Of a stretch of 64,000 nt of DNA, positions 45,235 to 56,997 are shown one piece after another. Both the position numbers and the translations under genes were made by a program. Origin of the DNA: an uncultured Acidobacteriota bacterium (GTDB lineage: Bacteria; Acidobacteriota; UBA6911). The notes under the pieces are model-generated. The model was not told the origin of the DNA. It worked only from the letters and a program-made list of their open reading frames with translations, and searched no databases. Numbering within the stretch: the stretch's first letter is position 1; every line of letters starts with the position of its first letter. The DNA lies in assembly GCA_963843575.1 (NCBI GenBank), contig CAWJKZ010000024.1:32001-96000 (forward strand), given 5' to 3'.

Positions 45235-45743
45235 CGCGGTCCCCTGTCTGCCGGGGCGCTGTCAAATGGTCGCTCCGGCTCTTCCTCGGCGATCGCGCGC
45301 ACCACGCTGTCGTCGGTGATGTCCCCCTGGTCTGCGATGACCATCCTGTGGGGCTGGTCCGTCGACATGAAGATCCTGTCGTAGGCCTGGTAGACGTCTA
45401 CGGAAGGGTTTGAGAGCTGTTCGTAGGCGAATGCGCCGAGGAGGGCCAACGTCAGCAGGGCCATTGCTGGAACCACCCGATGGGACAACCCGACGAGCAT
45501 CTGCCAGATCGTCAGCCCCTGGGCTTCGCCGCGCAACCGCGCCCGCAAGGAACTGTAGAAGAACGGGGAAACCTCAACCGGCGGAAGGGCCTGCGCAATT
45601 CGACGCGGCAACGTGAGGACTTGGTACTCCTGGCTGCAACCCGGGCAGCCTGCCAGGTGCGCCTCGAGTACCTGCTTCTCGGAGGACTTCAACTCGCCGT
45701 CGATCAACCGGAACAGCCAGTCTCTCGCTGTAGTGCATTCCAT
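45231..45743 (-). CDS. zf-HC2 anti-sigma factor
   Basis: LIDGEL, HLAGCPGC (HxxxCxxC), single TM. Confidence 0.82.
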   Translation of the reverse strand: MECTTARDWLFRLIDGELKSSEKQVLEAHLAGCPGCSQEYQVLTLPRRIAQALPPVEVSPFFYSSLRARLRGEAQGLTIWQMLVGLSHRVVPAMALLTLALLGAFAYEQLSNPSVDVYQAYDRIFMSTDQPHRMVIADQGDITDDSVVRAIAEEEPERPFDSAPADRGPR

Positions 45744-45867
45744 GTGCAAGCCTCTCGACCAATACTACGCCGACGCCCGCAGATTATTTCATTCTGAGAA
45801 CCTGATCGGCTCCCAGGGCGAGATTCGTCAGCCTGATGTGCCCCGGACGGCTCATGCAAGTTCCTTT

Positions 45868-46899
45868 TTACAGTATGAGCATGCAATCCCCATAGCTGAA
45901 AAAGCGGTACCGTTCGGCCACCGCCTCCCGGTAACAGTCGAGCATCAGCTCGCGTCCAGCCAGCGCGCACACGAGCATATACAAAGTCGATTTCGGCAGG
46001 TGGAAGTTCGTCAGGAGGCCGTCGATGCCCCTGAACTGGAACCCGGGATAGATGAAGAGGTCGCAGAATCCGGCGCTTTCCCTCACGCCCCCGGATGCGG
46101 CGAGGTGTTCCAGGACACGGGTCGTGGTGGTTCCGACCGCAATCAGGCGTTTACCCGCCGACTTGCAGTTTCCGATGGCGGCGGCCGCCGTCGCCCCCAC
46201 CCGGAAATACTCAGGGAGCATGCGGTGGCATTCGATACGTTCCGAGCGGACAGGTTGAAACGTGCCGTAACCGACGTGCAGCAGGATCTCGCAGACCACT
46301 ATCCCTCTATTCTGCAATTGCTTGAAGACATCTTCGGTGAAGTGCAGGCCTGCGGTGGGAGCGGCGACCGAACCACTGTGCGCGGCGTACACTGTCTGGT
46401 AGCGTTCCCGGTCCAGCCTCGAGAGCGACGGAGCCGGGCGGCGGATGTACGGGGGAAGCGGCGTCTCCCCGATCTGCTCGAAGGTGGCCTCGAGGTCCTG
46501 GGTTCCCTCAAAGCGGATGAGCCGGGCGCCTTCAGTCAGGACTCGTTCAACACGGACCGTCAACCCCCCGATTTCCAGGACCCCGCCGGCGGGGGCCTTC
46601 CGGGCAGGCTTCAAGAGCGCGATCCATAGCCGCGGCGCCTCCTCCCGTACAAGCAGGACTTCGATGCGCTCGTCCCTCCCGGCCCGGCGGGCGCGCAGAC
46701 GGGCCGGGAACACCCGCGTGTTGTTCAAAACCAGAAAGTGCTGAGGGCCCAGGATATCGGGCAGATCACGGAATTCCCTGTGTTCGCGGGCTCCCGTGTC
46801 GCGGCGCACGACGAGCAGCTTCGATCGGTCGCGCATGGGCGCCGGCTCCTGCGCGATGAGGTCTTCAGGCAAGGGAAAGTCAAAATCGGCGAGCTGCAC
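45868..46899 (-). CDS. queA: SAM:tRNA ribosyltransferase-isomerase
   Basis: FDFPLPEDLIAQEP, PLPPYI, YQTVYA, AAPTAGLHF, TNFHLPKST, FFSYGDCM. Confidence 0.97.
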   Translation of the reverse strand: MQLADFDFPLPEDLIAQEPAPMRDRSKLLVVRRDTGAREHREFRDLPDILGPQHFLVLNNTRVFPARLRARRAGRDERIEVLLVREEAPRLWIALLKPARKAPAGGVLEIGGLTVRVERVLTEGARLIRFEGTQDLEATFEQIGETPLPPYIRRPAPSLSRLDRERYQTVYAAHSGSVAAPTAGLHFTEDVFKQLQNRGIVVCEILLHVGYGTFQPVRSERIECHRMLPEYFRVGATAAAAIGNCKSAGKRLIAVGTTTTRVLEHLAASGGVRESAGFCDLFIYPGFQFRGIDGLLTNFHLPKSTLYMLVCALAGRELMLDCYREAVAERYRFFSYGDCMLIL

Positions 46900-46906
46900 G
46901 CCACAC

Positions 46907-47824
46907 CTATCCGTTCGGGCGCCGAAACTGGCGGATTCTTCGTTCCGGCGCTGCGCCGTCAGCTGGCAGTTCGGGGCGGGAGCCTGTTTCGTCCGGAGAA
47001 GGCCGGTGCAGCTTTGCCGAGAAGTTTGCCCCGTACAGCATGATCAGGTTCGACGTGTACACCCAGGTGAGGAGCGCGATGATCGCTCCCGTCCGGCCGT
47101 ACACTCTCTGGTAGTCAAAATAAGGGACGAGCTTGGCAAATATGTAGCTTCCGGCATCCCAGAGGAGGGCGGAGACAAACCCTCCCGAAACTGCTTCGAG
47201 CCACAGCACTTTCCGGTCCGGCATGAGCTTGAAAATCAGCGTAAAAACCATCACGGCCACGACGAAACCGGCTGCGAGCAGGATGGACGACCAGAACCAG
47301 TCGATGACTGTTCGAGAGATGTGAACCGTTGAACGGGACCGCGCCGCTCCCACGACGATAGTGATCCCGGCGGAGGCCAGAAGGAAAAACCCGGCTATTA
47401 CGAGCAACCCGATGCTGCGCACGCGGCTTTCCCAGAACGTGCGCCGCCGTTCGACTCCCCAGGCGAGATTCAAGGCGTTCTCGATGAAGGTGAAGAGCCA
47501 GGTCGACGACCAGATCACCACCAGAATGCAGGAGAGGACCACCGCCGGCGACAGGTCCGTGATCTCCGCGAGGTTCTGGGCCAACAGGGCGCGCGACCCG
47601 GGGAACAGGGCGAGGATGCGCTGAACTACCGTGTCGTGCAGATCGATCCAGCCCAGAAAGGCGTCCACCAGGGCGATCAGCACCAGCATGGCGGGGAACA
47701 GGGCAAACAGGCTGAAATAAGAGATGGCTGCCGCATCCCGCGGGTTTGCGGCGTTCAGCATGGCGTGCGAGGCTTCGACCAGGGCAACCGTGGCCCGCCT
47801 GACGTTCGGTCTGCGTTTGGCCAT
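46907..47824 (-). CDS. YihY/virulence factor BrkB family membrane protein
   Basis: AAAISYFSLFALFP, ALNLAW, YGRTGAIIALLTWVY, LYGA. Confidence 0.88.
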   Translation of the reverse strand: MAKRRPNVRRATVALVEASHAMLNAANPRDAAAISYFSLFALFPAMLVLIALVDAFLGWIDLHDTVVQRILALFPGSRALLAQNLAEITDLSPAVVLSCILVVIWSSTWLFTFIENALNLAWGVERRRTFWESRVRSIGLLVIAGFFLLASAGITIVVGAARSRSTVHISRTVIDWFWSSILLAAGFVVAVMVFTLIFKLMPDRKVLWLEAVSGGFVSALLWDAGSYIFAKLVPYFDYQRVYGRTGAIIALLTWVYTSNLIMLYGANFSAKLHRPSPDETGSRPELPADGAAPERRIRQFRRPNG

Positions 47825-47942
47825 CCCTACTAGTCTATGGGTTTCTCAGCCGGGAGTAAATGCTCCGGGCACCCCGCCGCAGACTCGAACACCCCAAGCG
47901 ACCGCCCAGTCCGGCCGCCCCTTCACTCCACGGCGGCTACCT

Positions 47943-47971
47943 TTGACAAGGTGCGGCACGAGGCCTAATAT
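47943..47971 (+). promoter_or_regulatory. Putative sigma70 promoter
   Basis: TTGACA-17 nt-TAATAT upstream of the C26/folE/mscS unit. Confidence 0.65.
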
Positions 47972-48017
47972 AGTGAGTTCCGATCTGAACAAATATACTT
48001 TCTTCTATGGTTTACGC

Positions 48018-48791
48018 ATGAAGGTCCCATTCGCCGCCAGCCCCGTCATCGGAATGCCCGTCCGGATGGACCCGGGGACCGAGAGGCAGTACCTGAGCCG
48101 CTTTTACCCCGACGCCGTTGCGGCGGCGGGGGGTGTCCCGTTATTGCTCCCGTTGCTGAGAGATCCTGGACACCTCGGGGCGGCGGCCGGCGCCTTCGAT
48201 GGAATCCTCCTGACGGGGAACAACGCGGACGTCGATCCGGCGCGATACGGCGCGGCCCGGGAAGCGGCCTGCGGACCGTTGCAGCCGCTGCGCGATCAGA
48301 CTGATTTTGCCCTGCTCGAGGCCGCTCGTCGGGCACGCATCCCGGTTCTGGCGATCTGTTACGGCATCCAATCCTTGAACGTCTTCATGGGGGGATCGCT
48401 GATCCAGGACATCCCTTCGTACATCGGGGGCGCCGTGCGTCACAGCCAACCCCGGGCTCGGTACGCGCATTCCGTCGATTTTGCGTCCGGCTCGCTGCTG
48501 AACCAGCTGGCCGAAGCGGGCGGCGCCCGGGTCAACAGCACCCACCATCAGGCGCTGGAACGCGTCGGCGACGGTCTGGAAGTAATCGCCCGAGCGCCGG
48601 ATGGGGTCGTTGAGGCGGTGGCGGGCACACAGACGGAGCAGTGGATTCTGGGGGTGCAGTGGCATCCAGAAAAGAGCCTTGAACATGACGAACTTTCCAG
48701 AAGAATTTTCGGAGCCTTCCTCGAGCAATGCCGGCGTCGTCGAGCCCACAATGAAGGAGCTCGTTCGGAAGCTTCTAGAGCAGGTAGGTGA
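48018..48791 (+). CDS. Gamma-glutamyl-gamma-aminobutyrate hydrolase family (peptidase C26, class I GATase)
   Basis: [15 protein letters not shown] nucleophile Cys, VNSTHHQ, VQWHPE His-Glu. Confidence 0.9.
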   Translation: MKVPFAASPVIGMPVRMDPGTERQYLSRFYPDAVAAAGGVPLLLPLLRDPGHLGAAAGAFDGILLTGNNADVDPARYGAAREAACGPLQPLRDQTDFALLEAARRARIPVLAICYGIQSLNVFMGGSLIQDIPSYIGGAVRHSQPRARYAHSVDFASGSLLNQLAEAGGARVNSTHHQALERVGDGLEVIARAPDGVVEAVAGTQTEQWILGVQWHPEKSLEHDELSRRIFGAFLEQCRRRRAHNEGARSEASRAGR

Positions 48792-49299
48792 GAATCCCGA
48801 CCGGGATGGTCTGCGCGGGACGCCGCAGCGGTTTGAGGAAGCGATGCGCTTCCTGACGGGCGGCTATACGCAGGATGTCGACAAAGTCCTCAACAACGCG
48901 CTGTTCGACGTGAAGTACGACGAGATGGTCATCGTCTCCGACATCGACTTCTACAGCCTCTGCGAGCACCACCTTCTTCCCTTCTTCGGCAAGTGCCACG
49001 TGGCCTATCTCCCAAACAAGAAGGTGATCGGACTGAGCAAGATCGCGCGGCTCGTCGAGGTGTTCAGCCGGAGATTGCAGGTGCAGGAGCGTCTGACGAC
49101 CCAGATCGCCGAGACCATCCAGCAGAAAATCAACCCCTTCGGCGTGGGGGTCGTCGTCGAAGCGCAACACATGTGCATGCTCATGCGTGGCGTCGAGAAG
49201 CAGAATTCCCGTGCGGTGACGAGCTCCATGCTGGGTGCCTTCCTGCGGGAGGAGACACGGCTGGAGTTTCTCGACCTGGTTTTCAAGAGCAGGCGTTGA
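48751..49299 (+). CDS. folE: GTP cyclohydrolase I
   Basis: [50 protein letters not shown]. Confidence 0.96.
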   Translation: MKELVRKLLEQVGENPDRDGLRGTPQRFEEAMRFLTGGYTQDVDKVLNNALFDVKYDEMVIVSDIDFYSLCEHHLLPFFGKCHVAYLPNKKVIGLSKIARLVEVFSRRLQVQERLTTQIAETIQQKINPFGVGVVVEAQHMCMLMRGVEKQNSRAVTSSMLGAFLREETRLEFLDLVFKSRR

Positions 49300-49313
49300 C
49301 GCGGAGGGTGTTG

Positions 49314-50390
49314 ATGGCGGGCTGGGCCTGGAATCTGCTGTCGGGCATCGACCGGGATTGGAGAGAGGCTCTCCTGACCTGCCTTGTCCTGCTGGTCGCC
49401 TGGCTGGCGGCGCAGGTATACGTTTTCGTGATCGACCACGTCGCCCGGCGCCTGGCGTCGCGCACCTCCTCGAGCCTCGACGACAAGATTCTCCTCGTCG
49501 TGCGCCGGCCGGGCTTCGTCATCATCGTGCTGATCGGGGTCTATGCCGCCGTCCACCGGTATCAGTTCCGGCTCAGGGGCGTATTCGACGGCGCCCTGTT
49601 CGTGCTCGCCGTGCTGGTCGTTTTCTACTGTCTCCTCGCGGTTCTCGGCGTGTTGCTCGAGTGGTGGGGCGAGAAACTGCTGCGCGACCGACCGGGTGAA
49701 AACGTGGCCGGCGATCTCCTGCCCATCACGGAGAAGTTCCTCAAGATCGTCCTGATCGTGATCGCGACGATCATGGTGCTCGATCACTTCGCCATCGACG
49801 TCAAGTCGATCCTGGTGACCCTCGGGCTGGGCAGCCTTGCGATTGGTCTTGCGCTGCAGGACACGCTGGCGAACATGTTCGGCGGCTTCACCATCATGAT
49901 CGACCGGCCGTTCCGGGTCGGCGACCGGATCCAGCTTCAGACGGGTGAAGTCGGCGACGTCAAGACCATCGGCATCCGCAGCACGACCGTGCAGATGCTC
50001 GACAGCAACCTGCTGATCGTCCCGAACTCCCTGCTGGTGAAAAACGCCATCATCAACCACTCCTACCCCGACGCCAGGGCGCAGGTCGTCATTGACGTGG
50101 GGGTGGCCTACGGGACCAACCTCGCCAGGGTGAAAGAGATCCTGCTCGAGGCTGCCCGCAGACATCCTGAGGTCCTCGACCAGCCCCCGCCGTCGGTGTT
50201 TTTCAAGGCGTTCGGCGACTTTGCGCTGCAGTTCGTAGTCATCTGCTACGCCAAGAGCTTTCGCAGTGTCCTGGCTGTGAAGGACGCCGTCAACTCGGAC
50301 GTGAACGAGCGATTCGAGAAGGAGGGGATCGTCATTCCCTATCCTGTCCAGACGCTGCAGTTCGCCAACCCTCCCGCCCCCAAACCGTAG
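49314..50390 (+). CDS. Small-conductance mechanosensitive channel (MscS family)
   Basis: IGLALQDTLANMFGG, DRPFRVGD, IVPNS, GVAYG, GIVIPYP. Confidence 0.92.
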   Translation: MAGWAWNLLSGIDRDWREALLTCLVLLVAWLAAQVYVFVIDHVARRLASRTSSSLDDKILLVVRRPGFVIIVLIGVYAAVHRYQFRLRGVFDGALFVLAVLVVFYCLLAVLGVLLEWWGEKLLRDRPGENVAGDLLPITEKFLKIVLIVIATIMVLDHFAIDVKSILVTLGLGSLAIGLALQDTLANMFGGFTIMIDRPFRVGDRIQLQTGEVGDVKTIGIRSTTVQMLDSNLLIVPNSLLVKNAIINHSYPDARAQVVIDVGVAYGTNLARVKEILLEAARRHPEVLDQPPPSVFFKAFGDFALQFVVICYAKSFRSVLAVKDAVNSDVNERFEKEGIVIPYPVQTLQFANPPAPKP

Positions 50391-50515
50391 GAACCTAAAC
50401 GACATGTGGAGTGCTGCGCCTGGGCGCCGCGCCGAATTGCGGGAGGCGACCGGTCAGGCTCGTGGTGGCGCCGAGGCGCCACCACCAAAGCGGCGTCGAG
50501 CCGCCGCACTCCATG

Positions 50516-52141
50516 TTACCGGATGCGGATCTGGAAGGGCATCCAGAGCAGGACGGTGTTTTCCGCGAGGTGCTGCAGGGTCGTGCACGCGTCGATCGAG
50601 GGCTGCGGCATCCAGGCCGAGAACTGAGGGGAGAAATCCGGCACGAGCATCTCGCGCAGGCGGCGCCGGCGCTGGTAGTGGGCGACCCGGACCCGTTTCG
50701 CCTCGGGGATTCCTGCCAGGCGCCGGGCTTCGCCGACCGCTTCCTCGATGCCCCCGATCCAGTCCACCAGTCCGAGTTCCCGGGCACGCACCCCGCTCCA
50801 GACGCGGCCGCGGCCGGCTCGGTCCACGTCCTGTTCGGTCATTTTGCGGCCAGCTGCGACTTTCTTGACGAAGTCTTCGCGATAGAATTCGTCGAGTTGG
50901 CGCTGCAGGCGCTCCATCTCCGCTGGAGAAAACGGGGCGAAGGGGGAATCGTATTCCGCGTGGTCGCCTCGGCGTAGCGCCTCCCTGTGCACGGACAGCC
51001 GCGCCATGAGGTGGCGGGCGACGACTTTCCCGCCGAGGACGCCGATGGAGCCGGTGACCGTCGTGGGTTCGGCCAGGATGATGCTCCCCGGGGCGGCGAT
51101 GTAGTAGCCGCCGGAGGCGGCCACGTCACCGAAGCTCACCACCAGCGGCTTGGCCTGGGCCAGCAGCGAGAGTTCGCGCCACAGTTCGTCGGAGGCGACG
51201 CCGGTGCCGCCCGGAGAATCCACCCTCAGGACGACCGCCTTGACGCGGCGGGATTTGCGGGCGTGTTCGATGAAGCTCCCCAGGGTCTCGGCCCCCGCGA
51301 TGTGTCGGCCGGCGTGGTCCCTGCGGATCTCCCCCCCGGCTATCGTCCCCAGCACGTCGATGACCCCGATGCGCGGCCGGTTCCAGGTGAGCAGCCTCCG
51401 GACGAAACCGCTCCGGTCCAGGTAATGCTCAGGTCCGACATACGCGAGCGCGCGTCCCACCGCCTCATTGAGTTTTTCCTCGAGCTCGTCCGGGTAGCAG
51501 ACCCCGTCGAGCAGTTTCAGGCCCGCGGCCTCCCGCGCACCGTACGGGCCCGCATCGACGAGTTCCCCCACGCCCTCCGGGGTGAGTCCGCGCCCCGAGG
51601 CGAGGGCTCCGCGGAATTCCCGGCTGAAATCGTCCAGCAGCGCCTCCATCTGCTCGCGTGCCGGCGCCGACATGCCGGTGCGGGTGAGCATCTCCGCCGC
51701 CGACTTGAATTCACCGATGGAGCTGACCTGCGCCTCGACCCCCAGGCGGTCGAGCACGTCCCGGAAGAAGAACACCTCCGATGCCAGCCCCACCAGGTGC
51801 AGGCTCGCCGCGGGCGGCATGTACACGCGGTCGCAAGCGCTCGCGACGTAGTACTCGCCGTTGCCGCCGCTCGCGATGAAGGAGTAAACCGGCTTCCCGG
51901 CTTCCCTGAATTTCAGCAGCGCGCGGCGCAGGTCGCTCAGCTGCGCCCATCCGGCGGACAGGTTCTCCATCGTCAGCAGCACCGCCGCCACCCGGGGACT
52001 GCGCGCCGCGTTCGCCAGGACCCTCAGGAGGTCGTGGAGCGCCGTTCTCTTTTTCCGGCTGAACAGCCCGTGTTCCGGGCGCCCCTCTACGATTTCCTCC
52101 TTCAGTGACAATTTCACGCAGTGAGGTTTTCTTTTTTTCAC
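50516..52141 (-). CDS. sppA: Signal peptide peptidase SppA (tandem S49 domains)
   Basis: GEFKSA (Lys), RVDSPGG, AASGGYY (Ser), GSIGV, GRVWSG. Confidence 0.9.
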   Translation of the reverse strand: MKKRKPHCVKLSLKEEIVEGRPEHGLFSRKKRTALHDLLRVLANAARSPRVAAVLLTMENLSAGWAQLSDLRRALLKFREAGKPVYSFIASGGNGEYYVASACDRVYMPPAASLHLVGLASEVFFFRDVLDRLGVEAQVSSIGEFKSAAEMLTRTGMSAPAREQMEALLDDFSREFRGALASGRGLTPEGVGELVDAGPYGAREAAGLKLLDGVCYPDELEEKLNEAVGRALAYVGPEHYLDRSGFVRRLLTWNRPRIGVIDVLGTIAGGEIRRDHAGRHIAGAETLGSFIEHARKSRRVKAVVLRVDSPGGTGVASDELWRELSLLAQAKPLVVSFGDVAASGGYYIAAPGSIILAEPTTVTGSIGVLGGKVVARHLMARLSVHREALRRGDHAEYDSPFAPFSPAEMERLQRQLDEFYREDFVKKVAAGRKMTEQDVDRAGRGRVWSGVRARELGLVDWIGGIEEAVGEARRLAGIPEAKRVRVAHYQRRRRLREMLVPDFSPQFSAWMPQPSIDACTTLQHLAENTVLLWMPFQIRIR

Positions 52142-53463
52142 TCGCTCCTCCGCCACGGTAACCTGTCGAGCAGGGGACCCCCGCGGGAAACCTCCCACAC
52201 CATCAAAGCGTACATCGGCAGGTATTCCACGAGAAGCACCCAGCCCGGCTCGTACACGGGCCGATACTGGTATGCCATGTAGGACAGGAACGAGGAGCCC
52301 GTCCAATAGAGCATGAATGCATACGGAAACACGGGCAGCGCCAGCGCCGCCCAGGAGATGTACCACGGGTGGACGGTGGTTGCGAGGCAGAGGTCCGCGG
52401 TCATGATCCAGAAGGCGGCGTGCAGCAGCGAACGCGCGTCGCCCGCCGGGAAACGGCGCCAGATCAGGGCGGAGGCAGCCACGAGGGCCGCCCCGAGATA
52501 GACGCCCGTCGTCTGGTCCCAGCACGCGCCGAAAACCTCAAGCCCTATGTAGCGCAGGAGGTAGTGAATGCCCGCGTTGAACTCGAAGAGGCGATAGTAG
52601 AGGCGAAGCGAGGTCATGTAGTCGAGCAGGGTGCGCGGCGTGAAAAAAAGCGCCGAAACCGCCAGCCCCGCCGCGACGCCGGCCAGGCACGCCCGCCACC
52701 CGGCGCGGCGGTGATACAGCGGAAACCACAGGGCGGGGTGCAGCTTGGACAAGACCGCCCCGGCGTAGCTGACCAGGGACCAGGAGGCCTTTCCCCGGTG
52801 CAGCAGCAGTACGGAAAGCAGGGCGAAGAAGAGCATCGCGCTGTCGGAGTGGCCGGAGTGCGAGAACTCGAAAATGAAGAACGGATTCCAGGCCACCAGG
52901 AGCAGCGGCTCCAGCGGCTGTCGGAACGCCACGAGCAGGCGCCAGGCGACGAGGAGCGCCAGGAACTCGAACGCGCTGAAGACGGCCTTCATGGGAAATA
53001 CGGCGTCCCCGAACAGGGAGTAGGTACCGCGGAACAGGAGTTGAGACAGCGGGGGGTAGGCCGTCACGTAGGGCTTCGAGTTGAGCATCGGGTAGACCGT
53101 CCCGTCGCGAAACGCCGACAGCTCGGAAGCCTCCGGGGGGTAACGGAACGGGTCGACGCCGTGCGCCGCCAGCTTCCCGTCCCAGAGATACCGGTAGACG
53201 TCCTCGCTCTGGTCCGGGGACGCAGGCAGTACCGTCAGGCGGAACAGGAGCGCGAAACCGAGGATGAGATAGACGGAACGGCGGTCCGGCAGTCTGACGA
53301 CCGCGTAAGCCAGCACGCAGCCGGCAAAGGCCGTCAGCATCAGGAAGAGAAAGGCGGGGGTGTGGGCGCGCAGGGGGCCGACGTGCCAGATCGCCAGCCA
53401 GAGCGATTCCAGCAATCCGCCAAAAAGCCAGATCAATCCCCAACGCCTCGGCACGGCGATCAA
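52138..53463 (-). CDS. GT-C superfamily membrane glycosyltransferase (GT87-like); start uncertain
   Basis: SEDVYRYLWDG, YPPLSQ, WNP, GHSD, HPWY; many TM segments. Confidence 0.72.
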   Translation of the reverse strand: MIAVPRRWGLIWLFGGLLESLWLAIWHVGPLRAHTPAFLFLMLTAFAGCVLAYAVVRLPDRRSVYLILGFALLFRLTVLPASPDQSEDVYRYLWDGKLAAHGVDPFRYPPEASELSAFRDGTVYPMLNSKPYVTAYPPLSQLLFRGTYSLFGDAVFPMKAVFSAFEFLALLVAWRLLVAFRQPLEPLLLVAWNPFFIFEFSHSGHSDSAMLFFALLSVLLLHRGKASWSLVSYAGAVLSKLHPALWFPLYHRRAGWRACLAGVAAGLAVSALFFTPRTLLDYMTSLRLYYRLFEFNAGIHYLLRYIGLEVFGACWDQTTGVYLGAALVAASALIWRRFPAGDARSLLHAAFWIMTADLCLATTVHPWYISWAALALPVFPYAFMLYWTGSSFLSYMAYQYRPVYEPGWVLLVEYLPMYALMVWEVSRGGPLLDRLPWRRSE

Positions 53464-53805
53464 TATAGCACCAACGGTGGGCAGCGTCGGGGATCCTGCC
53501 GGGGCGCACGCGGGACTCCCGGCGGTGGGTCCCTGTCCGACGGCGGCCGCCCCGGGCGAACGCAGCGTCAGATGAAGGAGGGCCCCGCGGAATGCCCTAC
53601 GTCCCGGGCCGCGTCGGCCCGACGCGGCCCGCTTCATTCGCCCGCCGTAATTTATTGAGTCTTGAAGAGATATGAGTCCTGCAAGATCGGGAAATCCGCT
53701 TGACCGACGGTGCGCCGCTGTGGTAGGTTTCTTTTTCTTTTTCTCAGGTGAATTTCCAGTTGGGCTTGGATTTCAGCGCGGTGGATCGCGCGGGCTCTTA
53801 TTCGC

Positions 53806-54231
53806 ATGATTAGTCTGGACAGCTCTATTATTTGGGCCATAGTGATTTTTCTGTGTCTCGTTACCGCACTGAATTATCTGCTGTTTCGGCCCCTCCTCAG
53901 GGTTCAGGCAGAAAGAGAGAGCAGGACTACGGGGCTGATGGATCGGACCCGCAAGCAGCTCGATCATCACCTGGACCTCTTCAATCGGTACCAGGCCGCC
54001 CTCAAGAACGGCCGCATGGAGGGGTACCGCCGCCAGGAAGAGCTGCGTTCAGACGCGATGCGACGGCGAGCCCAGAAGCTCGACCAGGCGCGCACGGAAG
54101 CCGGGCAAATGATCGACGAATCCCGCGAAGCGATCCGCGCCCAAGTGGACGTGGCGAAGGATCAGCTCGGACGGGAGGCTGACGACATTGCGCGCGGCAT
54201 CGCGGCGAGCCTGTTGCAGCGGTCAGCCTAG
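53806..54231 (+). CDS. atpF: ATP synthase F0 subunit b'
   Basis: TM plus LLFRPLLRVQAERE and coiled coil; first gene of atp cluster. Confidence 0.85.
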   Translation: MISLDSSIIWAIVIFLCLVTALNYLLFRPLLRVQAERESRTTGLMDRTRKQLDHHLDLFNRYQAALKNGRMEGYRRQEELRSDAMRRRAQKLDQARTEAGQMIDESREAIRAQVDVAKDQLGREADDIARGIAASLLQRSA

Positions 54232-54282
54232 GCCCACGCCGGCCGGGCGCTCCGGGTCGCGAGTCGTCCCCAGAGATTTTGC

Positions 54283-54864
54283 ATGAAACCTCGAACCGAA
54301 TCACGCGTGCTACTTGTCCTGTTTGCAGCGGTCTCGCTGTGCCTTTGCCCTGAGGCGGCCTTCTGTGCCACCGGGGCAGACCGGTGGGGGCCTTGGTTGA
54401 CCATCGGCCGGTTTTTCAACCTGGCCCTGGTCGTCGGCGTCCTCGTCTGGGTGGCGCGCAAACCCCTTGCGGCCTTCTACGCCAGCCGGAGCGCCACCAT
54501 CCGCGAGCAGCTCGCCGAGGCGCAGAAGGCGCGGATCGAGGCCGAGACCAAGCTCGCCGAGGTCGAGTCGCGCATGAGCAGGCTCGACGACGAGCTGCGC
54601 GCCATGAAGGAGGCGGCCGAGAAGGAGGGGCAGGAGGAGTTCGAGAGGCTGGCCGCCGCGGCCGAGCGCGACGCTCAGAAGGTGATCGACCGCGCCCGGC
54701 AGGAAATCGAAGGGATGACCCGGGCGGCCGAGATCGAGCTCAAGACGCACGCCGCGGAACTCGCCGTGCAGCTGGCCGAAGAGCGGATCCGCCAGGAGAT
54801 CGGCCCGGAGGACCGCCGGCGGCTGTTTGCGCGCTTCGTCACCAAGATCGGGGGGCCAGCATGA
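54283..54864 (+). CDS. atpF: ATP synthase F0 subunit b
   Basis: RFFN, KPLAAFYASR..IREQL, coiled coil. Confidence 0.88.
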   Translation: MKPRTESRVLLVLFAAVSLCLCPEAAFCATGADRWGPWLTIGRFFNLALVVGVLVWVARKPLAAFYASRSATIREQLAEAQKARIEAETKLAEVESRMSRLDDELRAMKEAAEKEGQEEFERLAAAAERDAQKVIDRARQEIEGMTRAAEIELKTHAAELAVQLAEERIRQEIGPEDRRRLFARFVTKIGGPA

Positions 54865-55403
54865 TCTCGTCCGCTGTCTCGTCACGCTACGCCCGCTCAC
54901 TGGCCGATGTTGCGTTTCCGTCCGGTCTCCAGGACGAGGTCGGCCGCGATCTCGTGCTGTACCGGGACATATTCCAGGCAGTCCCCGACCTGCTGCAGGC
55001 GCTGGATAGCCCGGCGATCCCGCGCGACGCCAAGGAACGCGTCCTGCGGGAACTCATGGCCCGATACCCGGTGCAGCAGGTCTCTGGCAACTTCCTCCGG
55101 GTGCTGCTCGAGCACAACCGCATTCGTTACTTCAACGAGATATACGACGCGTTCGTGCGGGTCTCGAACGAACGGAACGGGATCGTCTCGGCACAGGTCG
55201 TGGCCGCCGCGCCGCTGGAGGAGCAGGAAACGCGGCAGCTGCAGGAGTCTCTGGCCAAGGCGACCGGCCGCGAGGTGTTGCTGCACGTGCGCACCGACGC
55301 CGGACTCGTGGGCGGACTAGTCGTGCAGATCGGCAGCACCGTGTACGACGGATCGATCCGGACGCAACTGAACGAAGTGAAACGACGGCTGGCCGAACGA
55401 TAG
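54861..55403 (+). CDS. atpH: ATP synthase delta subunit
   Basis: RYARSL, NFLRVL, LVGGLVVQIGSTVYDGSIRTQL. Confidence 0.93.
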   Translation: MISSAVSSRYARSLADVAFPSGLQDEVGRDLVLYRDIFQAVPDLLQALDSPAIPRDAKERVLRELMARYPVQQVSGNFLRVLLEHNRIRYFNEIYDAFVRVSNERNGIVSAQVVAAAPLEEQETRQLQESLAKATGREVLLHVRTDAGLVGGLVVQIGSTVYDGSIRTQLNEVKRRLAER

Positions 55404-56987
<1,584 letters not shown>

Positions 56988-56997
56988 GCGGGGCGGC

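Noticed and set aside
52125-52141. A-AAA-AAG slippery heptamer at the GT-C/sppA junction
   Set aside because: It begins within the upstream stop codon, so an elongating ribosome would not reach it in the required frame
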